NCBI GenBank assembly: GCA_023703675.1
Contig: CP097974.1
Span: 21,288-85,287 of the forward strand
Direction: 5' to 3'
Source: SAR86 cluster bacterium
GTDB taxonomy: Bacteria; Pseudomonadota; Gammaproteobacteria; Magnimaribacterales; AG-339-G14
DNA: 64,000 nt
A program made the translations under genes and the position numbers. Numbering within the stretch: the stretch's first letter is position 1; each line of letters starts with the position of its first letter. Below are positions 54,638 through 64,000 of the stretch, piece after piece. The notes under the pieces were generated by a model. It had not been told where the DNA came from. It saw only the letters and a program-made list of their open reading frames with translations, and did not search any database.

Positions 54638-55057
54638 TTATAAAGTGGTTATAAAACTAAGCAAAAAACATCCTGAAACTGCAGAAGTTAAATTTCTTCT
54701 TAATTTTAAGTAAGATTCATCGCTCATAAATTCATTGGCCTGTTTTTCAAAAATATAGAATAACGGAAAAGTAATTGCAAAAATTATTAAAGCTATATTT
54801 AAAAAGAAGTAACCAATAATAATTGTAAAAAACCCAATCAACGAAAACAAAATTCCAATAAATAGATTTTTCTGACTAGAGATATTCCATCCCCAACTCA
54901 TACCTGCTAAAAATGAAATAATGATCGCGCCATAGACAATTAGTAAGAAGTAAGCTTGATTGGTAAAGGATTCGCCGATAATCCAAGGAGAGATAGTAAG
55001 CAAGCCAAAAGGAAGAAATCCTAGATAGCCCAGAAACATTCTTGAATCATTATTCAT
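54638..55057 (-). CDS. DUF3429-like 4-TM membrane protein
   Basis: N-terminal LGYLGFLPF motif as remembered for DUF3429. Overlaps the tatC stop by 4 nt. Confidence 0.5.
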   Translation of the reverse strand: MNNDSRMFLGYLGFLPFGLLTISPWIIGESFTNQAYFLLIVYGAIIISFLAGMSWGWNISSQKNLFIGILFSLIGFFTIIIGYFFLNIALIIFAITFPLFYIFEKQANEFMSDESYLKLRRNLTSAVSGCFLLSFITTL

Positions 55058-55788
55058 TTCTTTATAAATCTAGAAATGAATAAACCTAATTCGAATAAAA
55101 GCCAGGTGGGAATTGCTAAAAGAGTTTGACTAATGACATCTGGTGGAGTGAGCAACATTCCAATAACAAAACATCCGATAATCACGTATGGGCGGGCTGA
55201 AGCCAAGCTTTCTCTGGAGGATACTCCTCCCCAAATTAAGGCGATAATAAGTATTGGCATCTCAAAAGCAAATCCGAAAGCCAATAACAAAGTGATGACA
55301 AAATCTAGATATTGAGAAATATCTGTCATGACTGCTACATCAGCAGGAGCCGATTGAATAAAAAAAGAAAAAATGAGTGGAAATACTAGATAAAAAGCAA
55401 ATGCCATGCCGGTATAAAATAAAATTATGCTAAAGGCGCTCAAAGAAACTGATAAGACTCTTTCGTTTCGATAAAGACCAGGAGAAATAAAATTCCAAAG
55501 TTCTACAATCAGATAAGGCATTGCTAAAAATAAAGCAGCGTAAAAACTTAGTTTTAATGGTGTTATGAAAGGTGAGGCAACGCCAGTTGCAATCATTGAA
55601 GAATTCTCAGGTAAAAATTGCATCAAGGGGTCTGCGATAAATACATAAATTGAATCTTGATAGAAAGTGAGTGCGACAAAGAAAATCGCGAGCATACCAA
55701 AAGCTCTCAAGAAAAGGTTCCGCAGTAAACCTAATTGGAAGAGTATTGAATTACTTTCCTTGGTCATCGTCTTTGTTTTGGTCGTCAA
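55054..55788 (-). CDS. tatC: Sec-independent protein translocase TatC
   Basis: 6-TM TatC pattern (LRNLFLRAFG ..., SPFITPLKLSF, PGLYRNER, LLTPPDVISQ). The start may be the downstream Met at 55767. Confidence 0.9.
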   Translation of the reverse strand: MTTKTKTMTKESNSILFQLGLLRNLFLRAFGMLAIFFVALTFYQDSIYVFIADPLMQFLPENSSMIATGVASPFITPLKLSFYAALFLAMPYLIVELWNFISPGLYRNERVLSVSLSAFSIILFYTGMAFAFYLVFPLIFSFFIQSAPADVAVMTDISQYLDFVITLLLAFGFAFEMPILIIALIWGGVSSRESLASARPYVIIGCFVIGMLLTPPDVISQTLLAIPTWLLFELGLFISRFIKK

Positions 55789-55951
55789 AGCCTTCAGAGT
55801 ACAGTTCTTGCTTTAGTTTTCTCAAGCCGCTTTTTGTTTTCAGGTAAAGCTCCTCAAGGGAGGTAAGAAAGCTTGGAAGTCTTTTGGGCCCTAGAATAAT
55901 TAAGGAAATAAGACAGATAATTAATATCTCAAAGAAACCAATGTCGAACAT
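55751..55951 (-). CDS. tatB: Sec-independent translocase TatB (minimal 66-aa form)
   Basis: MFDIGFFEILIICLISLIILGPKRLP, the TatA/B N-terminal TM plus hinge. Much shorter than the 171-aa E. coli TatB. Confidence 0.75.
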   Translation of the reverse strand: MFDIGFFEILIICLISLIILGPKRLPSFLTSLEELYLKTKSGLRKLKQELYSEGFDDQNKDDDQGK

Positions 55952-56131
55952 TTACTGAGAATCGTCTTCTTTTTGTTCCTCTTTAGGCTCTTCTTTGACA
56001 GCTTTTCTAAAATTTTTAAAGGCCGAACCCAAATCTCCGCCCATATTTCTAAATCTTTTGGTTCCAAAGATAAGAATAATAATTGCTAAAATTATTAAAA
56101 GTTGCCAAATGCTTATTCCACCAAATCCCAT
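55952..56131 (-). CDS. tatA: Sec-independent translocase TatA (59 aa): [59 protein letters not shown]
   Basis: Hand-translated and just below the ORF-track cutoff. Near-canonical TatA N-terminus ([11 protein letters not shown] ... FGTK). Sits between hisE and tatB. Confidence 0.85.
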   Translation of the reverse strand: MGFGGISIWQLLIILAIIILIFGTKRFRNMGGDLGSAFKNFRKAVKEEPKEEQKEDDSQ

Positions 56132-56133
56132 TT

Positions 56134-56451
56134 CTACCTCTTAGATTTTTCTTCTATACCTGATACGCCTTCTCTTTTTTCTAATTCTCTTAAAATATCA
56201 CTCGGGTCGATATCTTTAAAGGCTAATAATACCATGACGTGAAAGACGAGGTCTGCAGCTTCATGAATTATTGCTTCTTTATCAGAGGTGCTTGCTTCAA
56301 TTAATTCTTCTGATTCTTCTTTAATTTTGGCAATTATCCTTTCAATACCTTCCTTATAGAGTTGACCAGTGTAAGAATTATCCTTAGATGTCTCTTTCCT
56401 CGATATTAAAATTTTACTCAATCGTTCGAAGATATTATCTTGGTCGCTCAT
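56134..56451 (-). CDS. hisE: Phosphoribosyl-ATP pyrophosphatase
   Basis: 105 aa with a MazG-like helical core: [10 protein letters not shown] ... [12 protein letters not shown] ... [15 protein letters not shown]. Confidence 0.85.
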   Translation of the reverse strand: MSDQDNIFERLSKILISRKETSKDNSYTGQLYKEGIERIIAKIKEESEELIEASTSDKEAIIHEAADLVFHVMVLLAFKDIDPSDILRELEKREGVSGIEEKSKR

Positions 56452-57992
56452 AAACTTAAAGAAATTGATATTACCGAAATAATTATCACAGCTGAAGCTA
56501 TAAGTATGTAATTCATAGAATTTTTCTGCGTATTGATTTCTTTTCTAAGACTCTTCATTTCGTCATTAAATTCATCTAAATTTGAAATATTTTCAAAAAT
56601 AGTTTCTAGTTTTTCAGGAAATTCGTAAGCCTTTTCTAGCAAACCTGGGACATCTTCCTTAAATTTTTTAAATAAATTTGTCGGATTGTATTTTTTATTT
56701 ATCCATTGTTGGATGAAAGGCTTGGCAGTGGTCCAAAGATCTAAGTCAGGATAAATTTGACGACCTAAGCCCTCAATATTTAAAAGAGTTTTGTGCAATA
56801 ACAATAGTGAAGCAGGCAAGGACAAGTTATATATTCTCGTTTCTTCAAAAAGATACAACAACATTTCACCAAATTTTATCTCGCTAAAAGGTTTCTCAAA
56901 TATCGGTTCAAGAGCCGTCCTGATTGTTGCTTCCAATTCAACTGGTTTCGTTTTTGAGTCTACCCAGCCAGCTGACATCATAGTTTTTGCCACTGCTGAA
57001 TAATTTTTACTAAACATATCTGAAAGCATCTTTCCTATCAGTAACTGTTCCTTTTCAGAGAGACTGCCACATATTGCATAATCAACAGCTACGTAAGAAG
57101 GAGATTCTGAGTCTGAAGCATCAACAAAAATATTTCCCGGATGCATGTCTGCATGAAAAAAGTTATCTTCAAAAAGTTGTTTAAAAAAAATACTTACTCC
57201 CCTTTCCGATAATTTTTTTAAATTTACTTTTTTATTTTTTAATTTGTCTAAATCGGTTACGGGTATACCTTCCACTCTTTCTAAAGTTAACACCTTCGAT
57301 CCAGAAAATTCTGGATAAGTTTTTGGAACGTATAGAAGTTCGTTGTCTTTAAAAAAATTAGCGGTCTGAATCGTGTTGCCTGCTTCTTTTTTAAGATCAA
57401 CTTCAGCATTTATGACGAAATCGTATTCATTGATCATTTCTTTCAATTTTAAGCGTCGCGCATCTGCTTTAAATTTTGAAGCTAAAAATCCAAGTGCTTT
57501 CAAAAGCGCTAAATCCTTTTTGATTTGAGTTTTTAAGCCAGGTCTTACAACTTTGACGACCACTTTTTCGCCAGTTTTTAATTCGGCTTCATGAACTTGA
57601 GCAATGGAGGCAGCTGCAAGAGGCTCGTCCTTAAATTTTTTAAACATTTTTGGAATAGATTGGTTCAAATCCTTCTCTATGATCTGTTTAGCTACCTTAG
57701 AGTCGAAGGGCTTGAGATTGTTCTGGAATTTTTTTAACTCTGAAATGATTTCATCATTTATCAGATCAGGACGAGTGGATAGAATTTGACCAAATTTTAC
57801 AAAAACTGGTCCAGCTTTTTCCAGTGCTTCAGAAAGTCGCTCTCCTGAATTTTTACTATTTTTGTTTAGTCGAAAAGGATTCAGTTTGAAGAATAAGAAT
57901 AACCAAGCTGGAATAAAGTTCTTCGGAATTAGTTCATCTAGACGATATTTAAAAAAAAGATATACGATCCAAAAAAAACGCACAAAAGCCAT
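56448..57992 (-). CDS. ubiB: Ubiquinone biosynthesis regulatory protein kinase UbiB (ABC1/AarF family)
   Basis: GPVFVKFGQILSTRPDL, AAASIAQVH, VVKVVRPG, FFHADMHPGNIFV and C-terminal TM helices; 514 aa. Confidence 0.92.
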   Translation of the reverse strand: MAFVRFFWIVYLFFKYRLDELIPKNFIPAWLFLFFKLNPFRLNKNSKNSGERLSEALEKAGPVFVKFGQILSTRPDLINDEIISELKKFQNNLKPFDSKVAKQIIEKDLNQSIPKMFKKFKDEPLAAASIAQVHEAELKTGEKVVVKVVRPGLKTQIKKDLALLKALGFLASKFKADARRLKLKEMINEYDFVINAEVDLKKEAGNTIQTANFFKDNELLYVPKTYPEFSGSKVLTLERVEGIPVTDLDKLKNKKVNLKKLSERGVSIFFKQLFEDNFFHADMHPGNIFVDASDSESPSYVAVDYAICGSLSEKEQLLIGKMLSDMFSKNYSAVAKTMMSAGWVDSKTKPVELEATIRTALEPIFEKPFSEIKFGEMLLYLFEETRIYNLSLPASLLLLHKTLLNIEGLGRQIYPDLDLWTTAKPFIQQWINKKYNPTNLFKKFKEDVPGLLEKAYEFPEKLETIFENISNLDEFNDEMKSLRKEINTQKNSMNYILIASAVIIISVISISLSL

Positions 57993-57994
57993 GA

Positions 57995-58747
57995 TTATTT
58001 TTTTTCACCAATGTGAAGTGCGACTATACCGCCAGTCATGTTTTGATATTCTGTATTTACAAATCCTGCAGTGTTCATCATTTCTAAAAAAACTTCTTGA
58101 TTGGGATGCATTCTTATCGATTCTGCTAAATATTCATAGCTTTTACTATCGCCAACAATCCACTCACCTAATTTGGGTAATAGATTGAAGGAGTAAAGAT
58201 CGTATAGTTCAGAAAGCCAGTTGTGTTCTGGATTAGAAAACTCTAAGACTAACAATCTACCTTCTGGTTTCAGGCATCTATAAAATTCTTTTAAAGCTTT
58301 TTCTTTATTAGTTACATTTCTGATTCCAAAAGCAATGGAAATACAATCAAACTCTTCATCTTGAAAGGGTAAATCTTCTGCATCTGCAACTAGGTTTTTA
58401 ATATTGTTGCAACCCGAATCAATTACCCTGTCTCTTCCCACTTCTAGCATCTTTTCGTTGATATCAGATAAATACACCTTTCCCGAATCGCCAACTAACT
58501 CTGAAAATAAAATGGCTAGATCACCTGTTCCACCCGCTACGTCTAGAACCTTATCGCCTTTTTTTAAATTACTCATTTGGATGGTCGCTTTTTTCCACAA
58601 CCTATGAATACCCAATGACATTAAGTCATTCATTAGGTCGTATTTATTTGATACAGAATCAAAAACTTCTTTAACCAAATCAGGTTTTTCTTTAGAGTTA
58701 ACGTTTTTGTAACCAAAATGAGTTTTGTTGTTCTTTTCGTCGGTCAT
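57995..58747 (-). CDS. ubiE: Ubiquinone/menaquinone biosynthesis C-methyltransferase UbiE
   Basis: [51 protein letters not shown]. Confidence 0.95.
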   Translation of the reverse strand: MTDEKNNKTHFGYKNVNSKEKPDLVKEVFDSVSNKYDLMNDLMSLGIHRLWKKATIQMSNLKKGDKVLDVAGGTGDLAILFSELVGDSGKVYLSDINEKMLEVGRDRVIDSGCNNIKNLVADAEDLPFQDEEFDCISIAFGIRNVTNKEKALKEFYRCLKPEGRLLVLEFSNPEHNWLSELYDLYSFNLLPKLGEWIVGDSKSYEYLAESIRMHPNQEVFLEMMNTAGFVNTEYQNMTGGIVALHIGEKK

Positions 58748-58784
58748 GAATTCACTTATTTTGTTACTATTGTAGAGTAATCGT

Positions 58785-59330
58785 ATGGAAAAAAAATTAA
58801 TCTGGTTAGATTTAGAGATGACGGGGCTAGACCCAAATGCTGAGAGAATTATTGAAATTTTTTCTGCAGTAACTAATGAAGATCTTACTGAAATAATTGA
58901 TGGTCCAAATATAGTTGTCTCGCAACCTAAAGAATATATAGACGCAATGGATGATTGGAATCAAAGTCATCACGGTGAGTCTGGATTAATTGAGGATGTT
59001 CTCAATAGCAAGATCAATCAAGAAGAGGCAGAGCAGGAGACTTTAAGGTTTCTGAGAGAGCATGTGGAAAAAAATGCCTCTCCTTTATGCGGAAATACAG
59101 TTTGGCATGACCGAAAATTTTTAAGTTTATACATGCCAGAACTAGAAGATCATTTTCACTATCGCTGTATTGATGTCAGTTCTGTTAAAGAGCTAACTAA
59201 GCGTTGGAGGCCAGAAATTTCAATGCAACATTCCACAAAAAAAGCTGCGCATCGAGCCCAAGCAGACGTTTACGAATCGATCAATGAATTGAGATTTTAT
59301 CGGGATACAATTTTTGCCAAATCTAATTAA
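58785..59330 (+). CDS. orn: Oligoribonuclease
   Basis: [13 protein letters not shown] (DEDDh exo I), [23 protein letters not shown]; 181 aa. Confidence 0.93.
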   Translation: MEKKLIWLDLEMTGLDPNAERIIEIFSAVTNEDLTEIIDGPNIVVSQPKEYIDAMDDWNQSHHGESGLIEDVLNSKINQEEAEQETLRFLREHVEKNASPLCGNTVWHDRKFLSLYMPELEDHFHYRCIDVSSVKELTKRWRPEISMQHSTKKAAHRAQADVYESINELRFYRDTIFAKSN

Positions 59331-59336
59331 CTTGTC

Positions 59337-60659
59337 ATGAAAAAGGTTTTTATTAAAACTCATGGTTGCCAGATGAATGAATACGATTCGGCAAAAATGC
59401 TTGATCTTCTATCGGAAAAAGAGGAGTTCACAGCAACCGATACTCCCGAAGATGCCGATCTACTCGTCCTAAACACTTGCTCCATTAGAGAGAAAGCTCA
59501 AGAGAGAGTTTTTCACCAAATTGGAAGGTGGAAAAAATTAAAAGACAAGAATCCAAACCTCAAAATCGCAATTGGCGGATGTGTCGCTAGCCAAGAAGGA
59601 AAAAAATTATCACAACGAGCACCCGCGGTTGATATTGTTTTCGGACCGCAAACTTTGCATAGACTTCCCAACTTATATAAAGAGGCGTCAGATACTGAAA
59701 AAAAACAACTAGATATAAGTTTTCCAAAAATTGAAAAGTTTGATTACTTGCCCCAATCATCATCTGATTCGGTCACAGCATTTGTATCAATCACAGAAGG
59801 CTGTAACAAGTATTGTTCTTTTTGCGTTGTTCCACATACGCGCGGGCACGAGGTAAGTAGGCCAGTAGAAGATATTTTAGTCGAAATAGAAGGGTTAGCT
59901 TCTAGGGGCGTAAGAGAAGTAAATCTTCTTGGGCAAAACGTAAATAATTTCAAGGGATCATTTGAGGGAGAAAAAAAATCTCTTGCATTTCTTATCGAAA
60001 AAGTTTCTAAGGTAAACGGAATTGATAGGATTCGCTATACCACCAGTCATCCTTTCGAATTTAAAGATGACTTAGTCGATTTATATAAAGACACTCCAGA
60101 GCTTGTAAGTCATGTGCATCTTCCAGTGCAAAGCGGATCGGATAGAATTCTTAAGTTAATGCGAAGGAGATATTCATCTGCTAGTTACTTAGAGCTAATT
60201 TCTCGAATAAGAGAAAATAGACCAGGAATAAGTTTTTCTTCAGATTTTATAGTTGGCTTTCCCGGAGAGACTGATAAAGATTTTCAAGATACTTTAGATA
60301 TTGTAGAAAAAGTAGGATTTGATGAATCTTTTAGTTTTATTTATAGCCCAAGACCAAATACACCTGCTGCGGGAATGGAAGATAATGTTTCTAAGGATAT
60401 AAAGAAAGAAAGATTAACAATACTGCAACACAAACTTAATGAACTTTCGTCTAAAATATCCAGAAAGATGGTCGGTAGCTTAGAAAGATGTTTAGTCTTA
60501 GGAGTCTCAAAAAAGAATCCTGGAGAACTGCAAGCTAGAACTGAAAATAACAGAGTTGTAAATTTTGCAACTGATGCAAATGTTGTCGGAAAATTCGTCA
60601 ACCTAAAAATAGTAGATCAATTGACAAACTCACTAAGAGGTAAATTAGAAAGATTCTAA
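59337..60659 (+). CDS. miaB: tRNA-2-methylthio-N6-dimethylallyladenosine synthase
   Basis: UPF0004 N-domain ([21 protein letters not shown]), radical-SAM [11 protein letters not shown] and a TRAM C-terminus. Confidence 0.95.
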   Translation: MKKVFIKTHGCQMNEYDSAKMLDLLSEKEEFTATDTPEDADLLVLNTCSIREKAQERVFHQIGRWKKLKDKNPNLKIAIGGCVASQEGKKLSQRAPAVDIVFGPQTLHRLPNLYKEASDTEKKQLDISFPKIEKFDYLPQSSSDSVTAFVSITEGCNKYCSFCVVPHTRGHEVSRPVEDILVEIEGLASRGVREVNLLGQNVNNFKGSFEGEKKSLAFLIEKVSKVNGIDRIRYTTSHPFEFKDDLVDLYKDTPELVSHVHLPVQSGSDRILKLMRRRYSSASYLELISRIRENRPGISFSSDFIVGFPGETDKDFQDTLDIVEKVGFDESFSFIYSPRPNTPAAGMEDNVSKDIKKERLTILQHKLNELSSKISRKMVGSLERCLVLGVSKKNPGELQARTENNRVVNFATDANVVGKFVNLKIVDQLTNSLRGKLERF

Positions 60660-60662
60660 TCT

Positions 60663-61634
60663 ATGCCGAAATTAAAATTTAAACTTCCCGAAATAGAGAC
60701 ACAGAATCTCTCTCTTATTTGCGGGCCTGTAAATTCAAACATAGAACAAATTGAAAATTCTCTTGCGATAAAGATTAAGAGTAGAGGAAATAGTTTTTCT
60801 ATTTCTGGTGAAAAAAATAACGTAGTTAAAGCAAGGATGATTCTTGAAGATTTAGCCTCTCTCGCAGAGACGAGTGATTCTGTTTCTCCCGATGAGGTTC
60901 ACTTTTCAATTTGTAGAGCGTTAAATGGTACAGCTTCAGATTCGAACGGGACGATTTTTGAGTTAGAGACTGAACAAGATTTCACTATTCAAACGCCAAA
61001 ACTTTACGTAACTCCAAGAAATAAAGCTCAAGAAAAATTTGTCCAGTCAATTTTAGATCACGACATAGCATTTGGAGTGGGGCCAGCTGGAACAGGTAAA
61101 ACTTATATTGCTGTTGCCGCTGCGGTCAACATGTTTGTTGAAGAAAAAGTTAATAAAATTATTCTGACTAGACCAGCCGTTGAAGCTGGCGAGCATCTTG
61201 GATTTTTGCCAGGCGATCTTTCACAAAAAGTAGATCCATATCTAAGACCTCTTTATGACGCTTTATTCGATATGATGGGTCCAGAAAAAGTTGGCAGACT
61301 TATTGAAAATGGAAAAATTGAAGTTGCGCCCTTGGCATACATGCGAGGCAGGACTTTAAACGATTCATTTTTAATTTTGGATGAAGCGCAAAATTGTACT
61401 CCTGCTCAAATGAAAATGTTTTTAACGAGAATTGGTTTTGGCTCAACCGCGGTTGTTACCGGAGATATTACCCAGACAGATTTGCCTAAAGGAACTCCTT
61501 CAGGACTTGCTGATGCAATTAAAATATTAGACTCTCAAAAGGATATAGCTTTTCATTACTTTCATCCCGATGATGTTGTGAGACACAATTTAGTGCAAAA
61601 AATTATTGAAGCTTATGAGCGTAAGAATAATTAA
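60663..61634 (+). CDS. ybeZ: PhoH-like ATPase (YbeZ)
   Basis: Walker A GPAGTGKTY, then LTRPAVEAGE.LGFLPGD and ILDEAQN. Confidence 0.9.
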   Translation: MPKLKFKLPEIETQNLSLICGPVNSNIEQIENSLAIKIKSRGNSFSISGEKNNVVKARMILEDLASLAETSDSVSPDEVHFSICRALNGTASDSNGTIFELETEQDFTIQTPKLYVTPRNKAQEKFVQSILDHDIAFGVGPAGTGKTYIAVAAAVNMFVEEKVNKIILTRPAVEAGEHLGFLPGDLSQKVDPYLRPLYDALFDMMGPEKVGRLIENGKIEVAPLAYMRGRTLNDSFLILDEAQNCTPAQMKMFLTRIGFGSTAVVTGDITQTDLPKGTPSGLADAIKILDSQKDIAFHYFHPDDVVRHNLVQKIIEAYERKNN

Positions 61635-62095
61635 TGGATTTAACTTTAAATAATTTAAAATCAACAAAATTCACTAAATTATCAAAATCAGAAATTTTAG
61701 AAATCGTTCTTGAAGTGTTCAACACGGTCGGGTATCAATTCACTGACCAGCACCAATTAAATTTAAATTTTGTCAGTCAAGAAGAAATGAAAGTTCTAAA
61801 TAAGACATATCGTAATCAAGACAAATCAACTAATGTTTTGTCTTTCGAATTACCAAAAAATTTTCCAACTGGAGATAAAAAGACTTTAATAGGAGAAATA
61901 GCTCTTTGCGAAGAAATAATTGAACAAGAGGCAAAAAAATATAAAAAAATCTTTGAAAATAGATTAAAACATATGATAATCCACGGCCTTCTTCATCTGT
62001 TAGGGTTTGATCACATGAAAAAATTAGATCAAAATGAAATGGAGAAGATTGAAAAGAAAATAATGAAAAATATATCTGCAGGAGATCCTTATTAG
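61634..62095 (+). CDS. ybeY: Endoribonuclease YbeY (rRNA maturation factor)
   Basis: Zinc motif [11 protein letters not shown]. The ATG overlaps the ybeZ stop. Confidence 0.9.
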   Translation: MDLTLNNLKSTKFTKLSKSEILEIVLEVFNTVGYQFTDQHQLNLNFVSQEEMKVLNKTYRNQDKSTNVLSFELPKNFPTGDKKTLIGEIALCEEIIEQEAKKYKKIFENRLKHMIIHGLLHLLGFDHMKKLDQNEMEKIEKKIMKNISAGDPY

Positions 62096-62096
62096 G

Positions 62097-62984
62097 ATGA
62101 AAGAAGAACCTCCAAGTACTGAGGCTCAGTTGGAAACCAATCTGGGCTTATTCAAAAGAACAAGAAATTACGTTAGAGAGATTTATAGAAAACTCTCATT
62201 CAAGCCCGTGAATCAAAACGAATTGGCTTCGGTTTTAAAGGAAGCTGAAGAAAATAACATCATTGATAAAGACGTCTTGGAAATGATGGAAGAAACCATT
62301 GAATTTGCCTCTATTCCCGTAAGAGACGTAATGGTTCCAAGATCGCAAATGATTTCAATAAATGAACAAGACAATATTGATCAACTTATTAAGAAAGTTG
62401 TGCAATCTTCGCATTCAAGGTTCCCCGTTTTTAATGAAGATGAATCTAAAATAATCGGAATTTTATTGGCCAAGGACCTTTTAAAATTTGCACCAGGATT
62501 AATAGAGGAAAGGCTAGACATAAATAGTTTTGACTTCCAAGAAATAGTAAGACCTGTAAATCATATTCCAGAAAGTAAGAAGATAAATGTTCTCTTGGAT
62601 GAATTTAAATCCAATAGAAGTCATATGGCTCTGGTTGTAGACGAATTCGGGGAAGTCAGTGGATTGGTTACCATTGAAGATGTTCTAGAGGAAATAGTTG
62701 GCGAGATAGAAGATGAAACAGATATCGATGAAGAGACAAGAATTATTCAAAAATCCAATAAAGAATTTAATGTTCAAGCAATTACTGAAATTGAGCAATT
62801 CAACTCAAAATTCAATACGGATTTCTCCGATGAGGATTTCGATACGATTGGCGGGTTTGTTACGAATAAATTTGGTAGATTTCCAAAAACAGGGGAATCG
62901 ATAAAGTTAGAAAATTTAAAATTTTCTATATTGTCATCAAATAAAAGACAAATTAAAAAGATTAAAGTCGAAATTCAAGATTAA
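62097..62984 (+). CDS. corC: Magnesium/cobalt efflux protein CorC (CBS pair + CorC_HlyC domain)
   Basis: [11 protein letters not shown], two CBS repeats, [32 protein letters not shown]. Conserved miaB-ybeZ-ybeY-corC order. Confidence 0.88.
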   Translation: MKEEPPSTEAQLETNLGLFKRTRNYVREIYRKLSFKPVNQNELASVLKEAEENNIIDKDVLEMMEETIEFASIPVRDVMVPRSQMISINEQDNIDQLIKKVVQSSHSRFPVFNEDESKIIGILLAKDLLKFAPGLIEERLDINSFDFQEIVRPVNHIPESKKINVLLDEFKSNRSHMALVVDEFGEVSGLVTIEDVLEEIVGEIEDETDIDEETRIIQKSNKEFNVQAITEIEQFNSKFNTDFSDEDFDTIGGFVTNKFGRFPKTGESIKLENLKFSILSSNKRQIKKIKVEIQD

Positions 62985-63892
62985 CTTACTTTGATATTTT
63001 TATGATCTTTTAGCTCTTTGGTGAATAAGTGGATTAATTTATCTATGTCTCTTTCTCCTGAATAATTCATTCTTGAAACAAGGGCAATTTCTCTGTGAGG
63101 TCCTTTTTCGTCTAATTCCGTTTTTGCCAATTCTGGATTAGCAGAAAGTAATTTATTTACTGCCATCTCTGGAACAAGAGTTGTTCCTATACCTCCTTTC
63201 ACAAGCTCTATCGAAGTACTAAGAGTAGAAGCATTGAAAGTAATTTTTGAGGTATTCTTTATTTTGCAAGCGTTTAAGATATGATCTTTTAGACAATTTC
63301 CTTCTTCAAGCATAATCAGTTCGTCTAGATCAAGCTCTTTAGCTTTGATAGATTTTTTTTTAGATCTTGGATCTTCTTTCTTGCTGATCCAAAAAAAATT
63401 TTCAATCCAAAATTTATGTACATTAAATCCTGAAGTTTCAAAAGGCAGAGCTAAAATAGCTAATTCGATTTCACCAGAAGAAATTTTTCTCAGCAGGACA
63501 TCTGTTTGGGCCTCTACGATATTTAAAGTTAAGTTAGGAAAATCTTCTTTAATTTTCGGCAGAAGTACGGGCAATAAAAAAGGACCAATGGTTGGAATTA
63601 TTCCTAGTGAAATTTTGCTTGAAAGGGGCTCTGAATTTAATTCACAAATTTTATTGATATCATCGATATCAGTCTTAATTCCCTGAGCTTTTTCAATTAC
63701 CAAAGATCCTAATTTTGTAATTATTACGTTCTTGTTGTTTCTTTCAAATATCTGTACTCCAAGTCGTGCCTCCATTTCAGTAATGGCATTGCTGAGGGTA
63801 GATGGTGAAACAAAACATTTCTCAGCGGCTTTTTTGAAGTGCAGTGTTTCTGCAACAGCAAGAGCATAGTTTATTTGTTTAATGGTGATCAT
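62981..63892 (-). CDS. oxyR: LysR-family hydrogen peroxide-inducible regulator OxyR
   Basis: HTH region [18 protein letters not shown]. The redox cysteine pair has the exact OxyR spacing and context: [15 protein letters not shown] versus E. coli LEDGHCLRDQAMGFC. Confidence 0.82.
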   Translation of the reverse strand: MITIKQINYALAVAETLHFKKAAEKCFVSPSTLSNAITEMEARLGVQIFERNNKNVIITKLGSLVIEKAQGIKTDIDDINKICELNSEPLSSKISLGIIPTIGPFLLPVLLPKIKEDFPNLTLNIVEAQTDVLLRKISSGEIELAILALPFETSGFNVHKFWIENFFWISKKEDPRSKKKSIKAKELDLDELIMLEEGNCLKDHILNACKIKNTSKITFNASTLSTSIELVKGGIGTTLVPEMAVNKLLSANPELAKTELDEKGPHREIALVSRMNYSGERDIDKLIHLFTKELKDHKNIKVS

Positions 63893-63898
63893 TACATG

Positions 63899-63960
63899 TT
63901 CGATTTTATCGAATTATTTATTGGAAAAATATATATTTATCAATACTATTTTTAATAGTA
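63899..63960. promoter_or_regulatory. Two inverted repeats (TTCGAT-TTT-ATCGAA at 63899-63913; TACTATT-TTT-AATAGTA at 63944-63960) in the oxyR divergent promoter region
   Basis: Read directly. They lie between the oxyR start (63892) and a divergent gene whose SD (agaggg) and ATG are at 63998-64000, at the window edge. Candidate LysR/OxyR operator sites. Confidence 0.3.
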
Positions 63961-64000
63961 CATTAATATAAGTTTTTCTTATAAATTAGAGGGTAATATG

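Overview
AT-rich, densely packed chromosomal segment with about 60 protein genes. I found no rRNA, tRNA, CRISPR array, transposase or phage genes. Several conserved gene orders point to a streamlined, probably marine, gammaproteobacterium (inference): engB / cytochrome c4-dsbA, lptM-lysA-dapF-yigA-xerC-yigB, ubiE-ubiB-hisE-tatABC, and miaB-phoH-ybeY-corC. Most of the window is housekeeping: ctaB/SCO1, gshA, pckA, polA, dsbB, rmuC, metK-ahcY-argH, tkt-pgk-fba, orn and oxyR. Several accessory loci interrupt this backbone. (1) A 9.2-kb gene encodes a 3066-aa protein with 19 tandem 113-aa Calx-beta-like units and an autotransporter-type C-terminal beta-barrel; a secreted ceramidase-like hydrolase follows 36 bp downstream. 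(2) An operon of three paralogous exported ~230-aa proteins, each an internal duplication of a ferredoxin-like half, sits behind a perfect 7-1-7 palindrome matching the Fur-box core. (3) A lipoprotein DUF3604 / PpiC-like / HupE-UreJ operon. (4) A tandem pair of paralogous 3-TM membrane proteins lies next to the heme O synthase and SCO1 genes. (5) A 640-bp non-coding island contains phased direct repeats, a terminator-flanked 33-aa hydrophobic mini-ORF and a possible 40-aa CxxC...CxxC mini-ORF. (6) A CitE-like lyase / MaoC hydratase / family III CoA-transferase module resembles itaconate or mesaconate-type C5-dicarboxylate catabolism. Two conserved genes fall below the ORF-track cutoff and were found by hand: tatA (59 aa) and lptM (38 aa). 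All product calls rest on motif and family recognition by eye; no searches were run.
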